From Lepidodermella squamata (Eukaryota; Animalia; Gastrotricha), in contig JBLDXI010000004.1 in the NCBI GenBank assembly GCA_047495785.1, forward strand, positions 2,356,001-2,420,000: a stretch of DNA of 64,000 bases. Direction: 5' to 3'. The translations under genes were made by a program, and so were the position numbers. Position 1 is the first letter of the stretch, and the number at the start of each line of letters is the position of its first letter. Of the stretch, positions 1-13,400 are shown piece after piece. The notes below the pieces were generated by a model. That model ran no database searches, was not told where the DNA came from, and was given only the letters and a program-made list of their open reading frames with translations.

Positions 1-64
1 CCGCAAAGACCATTCAGAATAGTAGAATGTATCCTTATTATTGATTTTGCCGAGGGATACTGGC

Positions 65-300
65 AGCAGACTTTTCAAAGATGTGAGAAAGACATTCGCG
101 GCTGTTAGACCAATTGAGCTTATCGTCGGTACATTTTCGAGATGAGTAAACATGCCATCTTCATGAGCCTAAATTTCAGCCATTTTTCAACCTGGGTCAT
201 TTTGGCTTTGGTTGGTGTTCACATAGTCCGGCTAATTTTGATGGCTTTTCTCACCTACAAATTTCGTAAGGCTGAAGCTCAAATCGGTCTGCTTGTCAGC
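65..300 (+). pseudogene. Degenerate duplicate of the 5' region of the P450 locus at ~7300-7560
   Basis: CAGAC(T/A)TTTCAAAGATGTGAGAAA(G/A)ACATTCGCGGCTGT occurs at ~67 and ~7301. Both are followed by similar ORFs (MSKHAIF..HIVRLILMAFLTYKF vs MGKHQAM..HISRLILVGYLAWKV). Confidence 0.55.
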
Positions 301-491
301 AAAAGACCCAAGAATTTGATGCCCCTGTGTTTTCCTGCGAATTTCCGGCTTCCTGTCCTGAATTTCCCTGTTCAATACTTACCAAGTAACAGATTCAGAG
401 CATTTTCCGGAAATTTGTAGGAAACCACACGTGTGGGCATTTTCTGCCTCGAAATTATCCGACCAAAGGGTCTCCCCTGTGGCTGTTTAGG

Positions 492-700
492 GTGTTCTTG
501 CCAGGACCCAAGACCTCTCAACTCTCAGCTTTACAAGACGTGTGCGCAGCTTGGAACCGGCTGCCCACAAGTATTGTCAATAATTCTCATACAGCGTTTC
601 TGCGATGTCTTAAATCTAAACCGGATGAACTGGTATATCTTACGACCTCTGAGGTGAGGCGCCGAAAACTAACAACTAACCTACAGTACGACCTCCATTA
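492..700 (+). mobile_element. 3' remnant of a CR1/L2-like LINE ORF2
   Basis: VCAAWNRLPTSIVNNSHTAFLRCL matches the typical C-terminal V..WN.LP..V...S...F...L motif of CR1/L2 ORF2. Confidence 0.5.
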
Positions 701-2592
701 ATGCAAAGGGTCGGGAGACAAGCGTTTGCAATTACGGAGGGTTTCATTTATAGAGGGCTGTTAAAGAGCTAGCGATGAATCATAAGTGCGTCGCCAAGTT
801 TTTTTCATAGTTTCTAAGGCGACGATGATTTTAGTGGTTAGCCATTTTTTAAGAAAAGCCGGAAAGAATTCAGTAAACTGCATTGATTTCAATGGGTTGT
901 AGTATTTGTAAAAGCAAAAACTCGAAAAATCGCGTACGCACAATTTTTTTGATTCGCAATCTTGAACTTATAAAAAACAACGGTCTGTAAAGATTGAGAT
1001 GTTGGGTCATAGAGCGAAGTAGGACCGCGGAACTGATAGGGATAAGGAAAGTCGACATAAGGGTCCCCCCTTTGGTCTTTTTCTGAGCTCACCTTGCGGA
1101 CCGATGGAACTGGTAGGGATGATCCCTACCATCCCTAGCGGTACTTCGTTCTCTGTGTTGGGTGTTCGGCGAGATGCCACCGCGTGACGCCAAATTAAAA
1201 AGCTGGAAATCCGCCCACAGGGCTGGAATTTTGTTGCTATCGACGCCTGTTTTTTCACCGTAAATAAAAATTAAAGAACTATAATTTTTATTTTGATGAA
1301 AAATAATTTTCCAACAAATAAAATTAACGGGAGACAAAATTGCTTGCAAATACGGAGGTTTTCTTTTTATGGAGGTTGCATTTATAGAGGTAGCAACGCC
1401 CGCCCTAAAAACAGGGAGCGTATGCGGCTATTCAGTGAAGCGCAACGGCGTAAAACGTTCCGGCGGCTTAACCTTGGAGGGCCCTGACTAATTTCCCTCA
1501 TTTGAGTCATTGTCTTCGCAAAAATAAGAATCAGGAAATTATTCGGACAAATATTTAAAAATTCAATTATTTTTGGCCAAAAATCAAATATTTGTCCGTA
1601 ACTTTGCAAAATTACAGCTAACTCAATTTTCCATAATTTTATGAACGGGTTCGACAGCAATAAACTACATTCTTCGTCCAAATTTTCTGTTATTTTCCCG
1701 CACTGGTTATCATCAAGGGCTTTAATGAGTGTGGATCGCAAAAATCAACATATCGAAATATGCTGTTGAAAAAAGAGTTTGATGATAGAAAAAGTATTTT
1801 GATGTTGAAAAAAGTAAATTTGATGTTGAATAAAATGTGACCCAGTAAAGCGCTCCAAATCTCAGTCTTTAAATGGTTTGTTTCTAGATCTCACCCAGCG
1901 GATGAGAATGCGAAGAATGGCAAGAGTTCCGGGACAAGTTTCTCGAGATTTTGCGGCAAGGCTCATTATTAGATTGAAGATCATTTTCCTGATTATTCCA
2001 AATTGATTTAGATGTTTAAAATTAAAATCCAATGTTTTGGCTCGCTTCGCCCGCCTATATCCCTCTTTCTGATTGCTTGTTAGCTTCATGCTTCATCGAT
2101 TGTTACCAATTTGTAAGTTGGGCTGGCCGAGTTTAGCTAAGTGTTTCGCTTAAGCATACATACGCCTTTTACAAACTGTTAGAATAAACAGCGTCAGTTT
2201 TTCACGAAGCTTTTTCCTCACATCGTTATCTTATTGTTACTATTCGAGTTGACATTAGAATCGTCGCCAGGAGAAATTCGGTGCTGGTTCCTACTAAATC
2301 AACGTTCGTGAAAATTGTGTGCCCTACATTCGGTAAAATAACCCTAATTATGACGATTAACGGTGGAGCCCTAGGTGCTGTTGAAGTCCGTGACAATTTT
2401 TGCGCCTGCTATGTTCTGTTCAACGTCGTTCCAAATTAAAGTTAAACGCCGTGACAAGCGGTAATATTAATATATATGCAACTCATTATAACTTTATTTC
2501 CCATCTCAACATTCAACACAAAATAAATTGAAATTGAAACTCGTCTGCATCAATTGAAGGAGCCATATCATGTTCATCATTCGTGAAGCTCG

Positions 2593-5500
2593 TCATCCTT
2601 GAGTACGCTCGCATATTCCAATTGCATCATTATCAGCGCAAGAATGTCGTTTAAGCGAACCAGTATATAAAATCACGCCTGAAAAATTAAGTTAATTAAT
2701 TATTCTGATATATTATCTATCTATATTAACTAACAGTGCAGTTTGTCGTCTGTCGAGACGTCCGGACTGAACAGAGTGGTGTTGAAGGCATCGCCCGTAA
2801 TCCAACTATAAGATTCCAGGTTCCTTCTTTTTGCCCCAATGTACATTTGAGCACCTGACAGTAACTGCTTAGCAGCGTCGAATGTCGCTTGATCTTTTAT
2901 TACAGCCAACATTTGTCCAATGCCCGCGCAATAGGCTGCCATTTCGTCTCTGGTGCCAGTCGTCGGGGTCTTTTGCAGGCTCGTCGAACTCTGTGAAAGT
3001 TAGTCCAAACAATTTTCATTTGTTGATCATAGAACCAACCAACAAACTTCAAACCAACCGAACAATCAGAAAATTGTGGATTCACTGGTTCCACTGGTTC
3101 CAGATGATTCCAAAGTTACAGTATAATATGAACTTACATTGCCACAGATACCATACTTAGCTACCGTGCATAATGCGTCCATAAAACCGGATGACTGCAG
3201 GATCACACCTATACAAGCAGGGAGTCAATGGCGACAAATTGTGATACTTCCCTGACTATGCTGACAGTAAACCAAACGTCGGTACTGAAATTATTGCGCT
3301 TAACAACAACACATAACGACCGAATTCGATACCTATATGATATAGGTATCGAATTCGGTCGTTCGCTAGTGGGGATGCAGTTTTTTTACTGTTTTACCAT
3401 TTTATAACCCGTTTTTTTGGAGTAAAAACGGTTGATGTTGTTAAGCGCAATAATTTCAGTACCGACGTTTGGTTTACTGTCAGCATAGCCATATAAGATG
3501 AGACTGGACGATCTCGCATATTTTAATACTGCCACGATAAACAATATTGTTTTTTATTCATACGTGTTTAACAATTATCTAACATTAGTCGTTTGAATCA
3601 GTGATCGAGAACGTTCAAGCCCTAATTCGACTCGAATCCGGATTAACGATATACCGCCCACCACCAGAAGCCTGCGACTATAGACTATGAAGAGCTCGAC
3701 AATTTCCTACTCGAGAACTCTTAGGCGAATTGGCGGTGATATGAACCTGCTAGACGAAGACATCAAAGACGAGTCGGCATCATTCAGCAGCTTTAATTAT
3801 AATTCTACGATACCTACGATACCAGTTGGGTCACCGGACCCAAATCGGGAACGCTTCTCGATCACTTCTGGACTATTTTCGATTCAAGAATCCAGCATAA
3901 AGGCGCGACACTAACAATGCCGGAATGTTGCACTGCACCCAGTTCCCAGAGTGAAAATACAAACATTCCGCCTTTTCTTCTTCACTCAAGTTCGATACTA
4001 CCATATCACCTCGAATTGAAACACGGGCTTGAGGGTTCAAGTTGGTTCGAAATCATCACAAATGAACGATTAATTTCTTAACTAATCCCTGAAGATGGTT
4101 ATCGAGTATTACCGAAACGTTGGAATTTGAATAAATGCGTTACGTTTCATAAAAAAATGAACGATTCACCAACAATTATTTTATGAAATTTTTAAAATTT
4201 CGCGATTGAAATTTTAGTAGCCCGGGCTGATATATGAATAAATAGGTACTGTATTTTTAGCGAGTCTATAACTAACAAGGAAGCACACGCAAAGTTAAAG
4301 AAAGTATTGGACACGCCGCAATTTTCCTCGTTAAATACCAAACCCAAAATATCAGTTTTTATGAATTGTTTTACCATTTTATAACGAGAATTGTTGAGAA
4401 TTTATGAAAATTTACCTTGGACTTATGAAAGTATGTCATTTATGAAAGTGCGAATTCGAATTGAGCCCAACTCACATTGGCCGTTGCTTCTCGGGCTGTT
4501 GCTAGCTACCCAGAATGGTGAATCAATCGCAACGAGACTGCCATCATCCCACGTGAAATCGGCCATCAAGCCGACGAAGCCGGAAGATCCAGAGAGTTGA
4601 CTGGCAGCCGTTATATCTTCCAGAGATGAGAAGGTAGCCAAACGGGCGCCTGGAACCGATTTACAGGCGTCCAAATGCTGACGGAAATAGCCCTTAGCCA
4701 AATTGGAGAGGAAATACTTCGGAAGTGCGGGTGGTTTCAGGTCATTCAAACACGCTCCGTAATTATCAGCGAATTTCGTAGAGTTCGAAAAGATGCTCAG
4801 CTGTAGAAAATATGCTAATTCAAACAACTATGTGATGAAGATTCGAGAGCTCACCTGAGTCGCGCCATCCGGACAGGTGTTGTAACATTTCTTGCCATTT
4901 GTCGTATTGCATTGGGCAGCATACTAGGAAAAATTCAGAGATTTTGTTTGAAATACTAGACCGGAAGTTATAGCCCGATGAAAATATTTACCCATGATAG
5001 GCAACTGGCTTTGTTTCGATAAGTGCCAGTGGAGAACTCTTCGGTTTCATTGGCGATGCACCGCGATGTGCTCAATCGGCAGGCCGTGAATTCGCGAGTG
5101 ACAGCGTTGAAGCAGCGGATGTGTGGCTTTGCAGAATCAGCGACTTCACCTATGAAAGCAGACAAAAAATGCCCTATTTGAGCAACAAATTTATAAAAAT
5201 CCGTTTACTGCTGGAACTTTTCAGGCAGGCTTCCAAGTTTGAGAACCCAGTTGCATTTTTCGTCTAATTTTTACAAAATTGAAAATTATAATTAGACAAA
5301 TAGACTAAGCCAAATCGTTACGCACCCCTGTAGGGCAAGAAAATTCACTAGGCACGCAAGTGGCGAACTGCTGATCAACACATGAGTCAAACTTTCGATT
5401 CTGTAAATGGAACGATATTCATTATTTTCCGAGAAAAAATGATAAACAAGAATTTCTGACCTGGAATGAGTTCAAGTCCTTAACGCACGCCGCCAGATTT

Positions 5501-6047
5501 CCTCTGAATGGGAAAACGCCGTTGTAGGACCCACCAACCTAGGATTAAACAAAGATGAAATAACAGGAGAAGTAAACATGATTTCAGGAATTTTGTCGGA
5601 AGAAATTAAAAAAATCTCGTAAAAATATTCAGGATTTAGGTTTTTATTAAAATTGCTAACCATTATTTCGTTTGTTTTTCCGCATCCAGGTGAGCCCGGT
5701 CGGCAACTCGCAGCGTAATTAGCAAATCTGTAACACAACCTCGCAGTCTGCAAATTTCAAAAATTAAAATGAATAAAAATGTGAAAAAATCTAATACCGC
5801 ACGGAGGCACGTTGATTGATCGGCAATTTTGTCGCCAAGCTGTTTCACAAAAAATCATGAATAATCGTTCATCAACAATAAAACGCCATCTCACCTGGTA
5901 TTCGCGCAATCGATTACAGCCGCTTGGTAGTTCGCGACAATCGACGAACGTGTCATCCAACTGCGAAAAACAGCGAGCCCAGTCGCCGCATCGAACTTCA
6001 CTAAACGAAGCGAGAATTGCTACCAAAAATGGCAATGACAGTTTCAT
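2593..6047 (-). CDS. Secreted Cys-module + tandem C-type-lectin-like domain protein, paralogue 1 (12 exons)
   Basis: Signal peptide MKLSLPFLVAILASFSEVRC. GT-AG exons at approx 6047-5895, 5839-5798, 5747-5661, 5538-5462, 5400-5326, 5263-5209, 5149-4992, 4923-4855, 4800-4477, 3208-3138, 2990-2734, 2678-2593. CTLD-like motifs AC..GARLATFSS..GFVGL..FTWDDGS and YC..LAVI..YIGA..YSWITG..ICER. Same exon structure as the two paralogues. Confidence 0.9.
3256..3488. mobile_element. MITE-like foldback element in an intron
   Basis: ~50-bp perfect inverted repeats (CTATGCTGACAGTAAACCAAACGTCGGTACTGAAATTATTGCGCTTAACAACA) plus an internal palindrome AACGACCGAATTCGATACCTATA-TGA-TATAGGTATCGAATTCGGTCGTT at ~3316-3363. 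Confidence 0.75.
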
Positions 6048-7631
6048 GATTGTAAAATTCAAATAGCTTGATGCTTGGAATCAAACTTTAAATATCTATC
6101 AATATAATTTAAAAATTTAAAAAAAATTAGAAATGAATCTTATCAAAAATTATAAGCTTTAATAGTACGGTTGTACCTCAACGAAGGAAAATACTGGCTT
6201 TTCAGACCGTCTTCTTGGACCAAGTGGCATTCTCTTTGAAATCCGAAGCGAATTATTTTTCCGTCTTATTAGATAGTCTAATAGGATTGGTCTTATTAGA
6301 TAGAAGTTTGGCTGGTTTCAATCATAAGCGAGATTTTTTATCCATTGGCAGTGAATGATTTTTCAACAGCTTTTTTTGAGTGAGAAGGTGTCAAAATTGA
6401 GACTAAATAAATTTAAAAAAAATGCTTATCTGTTCATTCAAGAGCTACTCATTTTCTAAAAAATAAAACGTATTCTCCTTAATCGCGTGCGGTTTCTACC
6501 TCTCTGTATTCGGACACCATTTCAGTAAAAAAACATCATTTTTGCTGATAGAATTGAAATTTCAATTTTTCTCTCATTTCAAAAAAAAATCATTCATGAT
6601 AAATTAATCCATTCTAAAGAATTTAAAAATAAAATCTAATAGAAATATTGACCCCGTGTTCAAAAAATCTGTGAACTTTTTTTGCTATGATCGGCCTTTG
6701 GTAGAATTGACATGAAATTACCCGGGCAAACACCTTAGAATTCCAAGATCTACTCGACGCTTTTATCGTAAAAAATTATTCATATAGTATTTAATTCAGG
6801 GGGCTGCTAAGAATATATTCGTTATCACAAATGTTTTTCGCACTTTGCTTTGAAGCAAGAAAAGTACAATCAGATACAACGATTGAGGATGATTTAAAAG
6901 AATAAAAAAGATGTGAACAATTTCTACTGCGCGGGAAAAAGGACAAGCAGCACGTGGAACCGCCGATGGCCTCAGCACAGACCGGAATAGCAGGTGTTTT
7001 CCTCGTGCGCTTTTTTAGAGTGAAAAACAACCCCGTAGAGCTCGTGCCATTTTTAGCCCGGTTTTAACTTTTTCATTTCAATTGGGTCGTGAATAACCAG
7101 GAGCGTTTTGCTGTGATTATTTGTTATTATCATTTTCCTTCAATGTGTAAAAAAAAAGATTGTCCTGATGGGCCAACGAGCAGAAGATTGAATTTTAGCC
7201 GAAAGTCGCCAATATAACCAATAATAGAGAATAGAATGAATGGTAAATGTTGATTATGAATGTTGAAACGAATGAATAATCCCGAGCGATGCAGACTGCG
7301 CAGACATTTCAAAGATGTGAGAAAAACATTCGCGGCTGTCAGTCTGAGAATTTTCGATAACTTCTGACTCTCAAGGTCTCTTGAAATGGGCAAACATCAG
7401 GCTATGTCCACGAGAATAAATTCCGGCTATTTTTCATTTTTCATCCCGGGTCATGTTGGCTTTAAACTTCACATTTCCCGGCTTATTCTGGTCGGTTATC
7501 TCGCCTGGAAGGTTCATGGAAGGATTGCTGGTGAAAGCTCGAATCGATCCGCATATCGGCGATAAAAGCCATGACAATCTACAAATTTCAGGGAAATGCT
7601 CTCTCAATGCCCTTGAATTTTGAATTGGCTG

Positions 7632-9621
7632 TTCGGCTACTACGAAGGTTCAGATACTTCATTTTTCTAGAATTCCTAATTTAATTATTTGTTAATTTTA
7701 CTGTTTACTTCTGAAGGTTCCAGGCCAACTCTTGTAACGAGCGATGTCGATTTCGTGATACAAGTGTTTGTCAAGCAATTCCCAAGTTTTCCAGGCCGCA
7801 AACTGCTGCCTACCCATCCAAATCCGGATACAACGAGGTATTGCAAGATTATTTTAGTACTAAACTGAAATTTTCATTCCAACCTCAGCGAGCCAGTAAC
7901 GATGTTCACCGCCCGGTGTGAGAGATGGAAACGGTTGCGAGCAATCGCCAGCCCGACGTTTACAGCCGTCAAACTGCGAGCTCTGATGCCCCTGATGGAG
8001 AAATGCATAAATGACTTCATGGATCTGATAGACACGAAAGCCCCCCAGACCCAAGGTTTCAACATCAGTGAATGCTTCAAGCTATTAACTCTGGATTTCG
8101 TCTCCGAAACCGCGTTTGGAATCGAGTTAAATAGCGCAAGAACTCATGGAAAAGAGCGTAATGAGCTGCTGGAAATCTTGCTTAGTCTGTTCCAGAGTGC
8201 CCTGAAACCACCCCTGGCGATGAAGATCGCAATTGCTATACCCTCATTGGGGCGGTTGATGAAGAAATTGTTGCTGCTCCAGGCTAAGTTTATCCGCGAG
8301 CCGTCGATTGAAGCTCGCCAGAAGTTGCTTAGCACAGTCTTGAACATCATTGAAACGCGGCGAAGAAGCAACAAAGCCGGTGGACCAGTGCGGCAAGATT
8401 TACTGCAAATAATGCTCGATTGCGAAGAAGATCGATGCAGTGAGGAATCGGCTGCTGGAATGAAAACACTTTCCTCAGAAGAAATTGCATGGCAAAGCGT
8501 GTTGTTTATGGGGGCTGCATTCGAGGTTTGAAACTATAGCCTAAAACAATATTTTCGACTTAGGGTTAGAGTTAGAATTAAGATTAGAATTAGGGTTCGG
8601 GTTGTGGAAAGAGAAATGGAAACGGTTGGGTAAGGGTTGAGGATAATTTGAAGGTTAAGACTAAGGATAAGGTCAAGATTAAGGTTGAGGTAAGGATCAG
8701 GGTACGGGCTATGGTCATGGAAATAGTTAGGGCAAGGGTTAAGAAGAAGGTTAATGTTAAGGTTTAAGTTAGGATTAGGGTTAGGGTTAGAGTTCTGTAA
8801 ATGGAAAAGGATAGGGTAAGGCTAGGTTTAAGGTTAGAGATAGGATTAGGGATTAGGAAACGGTTAGGAAACGGATTAGGAAACGAATGGGAAACGGTTA
8901 GTGTAAGAGTTGAGAAGGTCAAGGTTAAGCGGAAGGATGAGGTTAGATGTTAGAGTTAGGATTAGGATTAGGGCTAGGTCTGTTATTAGGGAAAAGAATT
9001 TCATTGCAAATTGATTCACCACTTGAAAATTTCGAACAGAGCAGCAGCAACACGATGGCATTTGCTGCGTATTTACTAGCGAACCATCAGCCGATTCAGG
9101 AAAAACTTGCAGCCGAGATCAACCGCGCATACCCAGACCCATCGAAGAAGCCTCACTGCGACAACATCGAGGAGTTACCTTACCTGGACGCCGTCATAAA
9201 CGAAGTAATGCGATTGTACCCAGCGACACCGCAGCTGACAAGGCTTGCTATAGAGGATGCTGTAATCAACGGAATTCGAGTGCCGAAGGACATGCCAGTC
9301 TTTGCTGATATTTGGTCGATCCATCGCGACCACGAGCAGTGGGGCCCTGTTGACCCGGGTGTCTTCTACCCTGAGCGATTTCTCAAGAACTACCCGACCT
9401 ACGCGACAAGAAGTGTCGCTGCCTTCGTGCCCTTCGGCTTTGGCCCTAAAATTTGCATTGGGATGAAATTCGCCATGTTGCAGATGAAACTAACTCTGGC
9501 GAATCTTTTGCGGAAATATCGAATTGAAAAATGTGCGAATCGTAGCGAGGAGCTGAAGATTCAATCAGCGCTGACTCTTACTCCAGTGGGTGGAGTATGG
9601 GTAAAGCTGGAAAACCGGTGA
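7632..9621 (+). CDS. Cytochrome P450, CYP3-clan-like; 5' end disrupted (possible pseudogene)
   Basis: Exons ..7647, 7717-7837, 7889-8525, 9040-9621. Motifs: FGYYEG.RPTLV, WKRLR (WxxxR), I-helix GAAFESSS, EVMR (ExxR), YPERF, heme-binding PFGFGPKICIG. An in-frame TGA at 7614-7616 precedes FGYYE. Confidence 0.9.
8560..8990 (+). repeat. Degenerate (TTAGGG)-like tract in the P450 intron
   Basis: Many TTAGGG/TTAGAG/TTAGGA/TAAGGT hexamers, strongly G-skewed on the + strand. Confidence 0.85.
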
Positions 9622-10411
9622 CATCTGAAAGAAATTTGGATCATTTTGAAGACTCTGAAAGGAGCGATTATCACCTTTTTCTATGCCATGAACTCTGGTG
9701 TTATTTGTCCATATCTTCAATATTCAGATTGTAGATTAATATAAAGAATTCTTCTCTACAACTAACAACTCAACTCATACTACGTCCTATCGCTGACGTC
9801 CTAAAATGGATCTCAGTGATGTGCAATGAATGCTATAGGACTGTCGCCAAGTTGCGCTTAAATGCATATATGACGCCATTTAACAGCTGTCGTAACACAT
9901 CTACCATTCGAAGGCAATATTTGGCTAAGATACACTTTTCACTTTGCAGCTGTCAAACAATTTAAATAATAAAATAAAAATAATTAATTGAAAATAATCA
10001 ATTTATTGCATTTTTTATCGTAAGATTCGATGGTACAACCCCAGAGGTGTACGAGGAGTTGACCTGTCTCGCGAAGAAGGCCGGCCTTAAAATGGTCGAT
10101 ATCATCGCATTCAACAAAGCAAACAGAGGAGGTTGGATTCTTGATTCCACAATCCGATTCGAGAACGTAGTAGGTCGTTCTTGCTAGGCTAATTCCCATG
10201 AATGAAAATTGTTGGTGATGAATGAAAATTGTTTTCAAAAACTACAACTACACAAAATTGGTCACCTACAATTGAAATCAGTTCCGCGTGCCTGAAGAAA
10301 TAGCCACGCGATTCCTTCTCAAACATAAAAACATGTTTTTCAATAAATGCTCAGTCTAAACGTTTTGGTTTCACTTTATTCACTATTTTTGACGCTTTTT
10401 TGTGTGTGATA

Positions 10412-13400
10412 ATGAAGCCACTTGTTCTCGTCTTTTTCTTCGCAATCGATGCGGTTCTGTGTGGCGACTGGGCTCGCTGCTTCTCCCAATTCGACGATAC
10501 GTTCACGAGTTGCCGCGAATTACCAAACGGCTGTTTTAAATTGAGCGAATACCAGGTTAATAATTATGAATTCTTACCTAATTTTTAATTCAAATTTTCA
10601 TATTTTGCCAGCTTGGCGAAGGTTGGCCGGATCAATCAAAGTGCATGAAATCGGTGAGATTTTTTTTCTGATTGAGTGCTGGCTTGATTTGTAACTCGAA
10701 TTGTGTTATTTCCGCACAGACTGCTAGATTGTGCTACCGATTGACGACTAATGCGGCGACATGTAGACCGGGCAGCCCTGGCTGTGCGAAAACGGACGAA
10801 ATAATGGTTAGTTGAAATTGATATTTTGTCCACAATTCTGAATAATTGTGCAGAAGACGATCAATGATTTGCTCAAAAATTATGCGTATTAGATTTCGAG
10901 CCATTTTCCTTTATTTACCACGTATTTTAAGCTTTAATCAATTATTCAGGCCTAGGGCGTTAATCAGAATTTTGAAATGTGACCAGAGATATTTGTACGC
11001 GTTCTTTTGAACAACGCCAAATAGTATTAACTTCTCAGAATTTTCAATCGCCACCTGAGCATCCTATCGCTCTCGGACTTTTTTCTATCTATCATTTTAA
11101 TTATTCTGTAATTTCTAAAATTAGTTACAGCTGTTTCACACATTGGCTGATTTTACCTGCCAACCGGCCCTCCTCCTTTGTTTAACACTAGAATTTTTCG
11201 AATTTTCAAAAAAGTTTAGTTTCAGGTTTAATTTTGAGAAATTTGTATTTTATAAATAATTTCGGTTCTATGCTAACTGAGCAAACGAAAATTAAGCAAA
11301 GACAATAGAGCAAGGGCGTTTGGGCAACGATGTAAGAGCAAACAAATAAGAGCTAAAATTAATTATTAAATTAAATTATTAAATTATTTTCACGTGATCC
11401 CACAAAACTATAAAAATCTACGATCATAACTATATTTCAAAGGCAAAAAATTTAATCAAATTAAAATTTAATCAAAATATTAAAAAATTGTGAATTTAAA
11501 ATGATAAAATTTAAAATGAATTCAATTCAATTCAATCAAGTTCAGTGAAACATTTCCAGCATGAAAAAAGATCTGATTTTCTCGAAAATAATTTCTTGAA
11601 AATAAAGAAGTGACTACCGTATTTTTCCAATAGTTGCCCAGTCGCAAATAGCTCAGGGTTGAGTGGTAACGTCGGTTCGAAAACAAGAACAATGAACGAA
11701 CCACTGAAAATTAATTTTACGAATTTTTCAAAATTTCGAGGTTGAAATTTAAGTAGAGCAAAAAATACGGTATCCTTACCCCTTACCCAGCAATGACGGA
11801 TTGCACACCGATGGTTTTGATCACCAACTGAGGTAACCAAATTCTCCTGAAAAAATAATAAAATTGCGTGAAAGAAAGCGAATCGATTAAATTCAAAATT
11901 GCTTCTGACCTGTAAATTACAGTTCCGATGCATTTTCAGAAGTGCAGTTTTACCGCTAAGTGCATGACCTGCAATTTTGACAAAATTAATGAAATTTCAA
12001 TTAAAAATTCCTTTAAAAAGATAGTTAACTATCAAATGAAATAATGAAATACGTATTGAAAAATGAAACCTCTAACTAACACGAGCCTCCTCAGGTTAAT
12101 CCATTAATTAAATTGTTATTTTTCGCAAGAACATGAAGCTCGTGCTAGCTGGAAAAAATTATTCTGATTTTTTTCCCAAATTTATGAGAAAATTTAGTTT
12201 AAAAAAATCTCGATGGCAATTCTTCCATTAAAAAAATTATTCCATTGCTTGCGGCCTGCCGCTGCTGGAGTCGTAGCATTTTGAGAATTGAGAACTAAGT
12301 GGTGAAAATAATTAGTTTTTGCTTCTGTGAGTAGGGATGAAAAACGAATGGAATGCAGCTTTGAGTAGTAATCAGAAAGGGTCACAGCAATTGTTGTGTA
12401 ACTTTATTACGCCGCATGCTTCCATTCGCAGTCTATCGATAGTTATTTAGCTATAGCTTTTTAGCTGATAATAAGCTGAGGCATAGCCTAGATTTTTTAG
12501 CTAGCCTTGGCTGAATAGAAATAGCTAATTAGCTATAATTTTTTTCATAGTGTCACTTTGCCGCTGATGCGCGCCTCCAACTCCAGTTTCAGGCCCAGGG
12601 CCCAGTAGCGACGCCTATGACCAGTCGTGACTCCAGTTTAGGTTGCCCAGCTTTTCTTTTGCCTCATCGAGGAAACAAAACCGCGTTTCAATCGTTCTCT
12701 TCGGGTCCGTGAAAACTGTGAGTTCTGGTTGCTCGCTATTCTCCCTTTTCCACATCTTCCAGCACCGGACCTCCGATCTGTTTCACGGAGAAGCTGATGC
12801 CAGCTAGCATCAAATACAATCCATAGGGTCGGGCCGAGCACCCTGGCAGATTCTTCAGCTTCTTCAGCTCATAGGCTTGAGATTGCCCCCACAACTACGA
12901 CACGAAAACAAACGATCTTTAAGATTTGACTTCAGAAGAGCATGAACTTCCCCTCGAATGCCAACTTCTGCCAGTGGATGTCCAGCAGTTGCACCGTGTC
13001 CACCCTGTCGAATGCGCGACTGACGCCGGTCTGCTCAGGGTGAAATCTATCCTGTCGTTGAATGCCGATGTCGATGACCCCGTATCCGACGTTCCGCAGC
13101 CCGCCATGAATGCCATGTATGCCTGCACCACGATTTCCCGAATATTCCGCCAAAACAAAACAATGGCCAGCATTAGTTTAAGCGACGCAGAAAATTCATC
13201 AATAAACTAAAGCCTATATGGCCTATATGGCACCTGATAAAATTTCACGTATAATCCCATGTTTTTTTATTGCTATCATTGCAACGTTCTTCCAGGTCGG
13301 CAGCTCGTACAACGGCTTCTTTCCGCTGAAAACTAACATGTACAATTGTACCACGGATTTAAACCAATTTCTGGTAATAACTAGCAACCTTTTTTTAATG

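Noticed and set aside
8947-9039. LGLGLGLGL N-terminus of the P450 ORF as a membrane anchor
   Set aside because: It is a translation of the intronic TTAGGG-like repeat; the exon starts at 9040.
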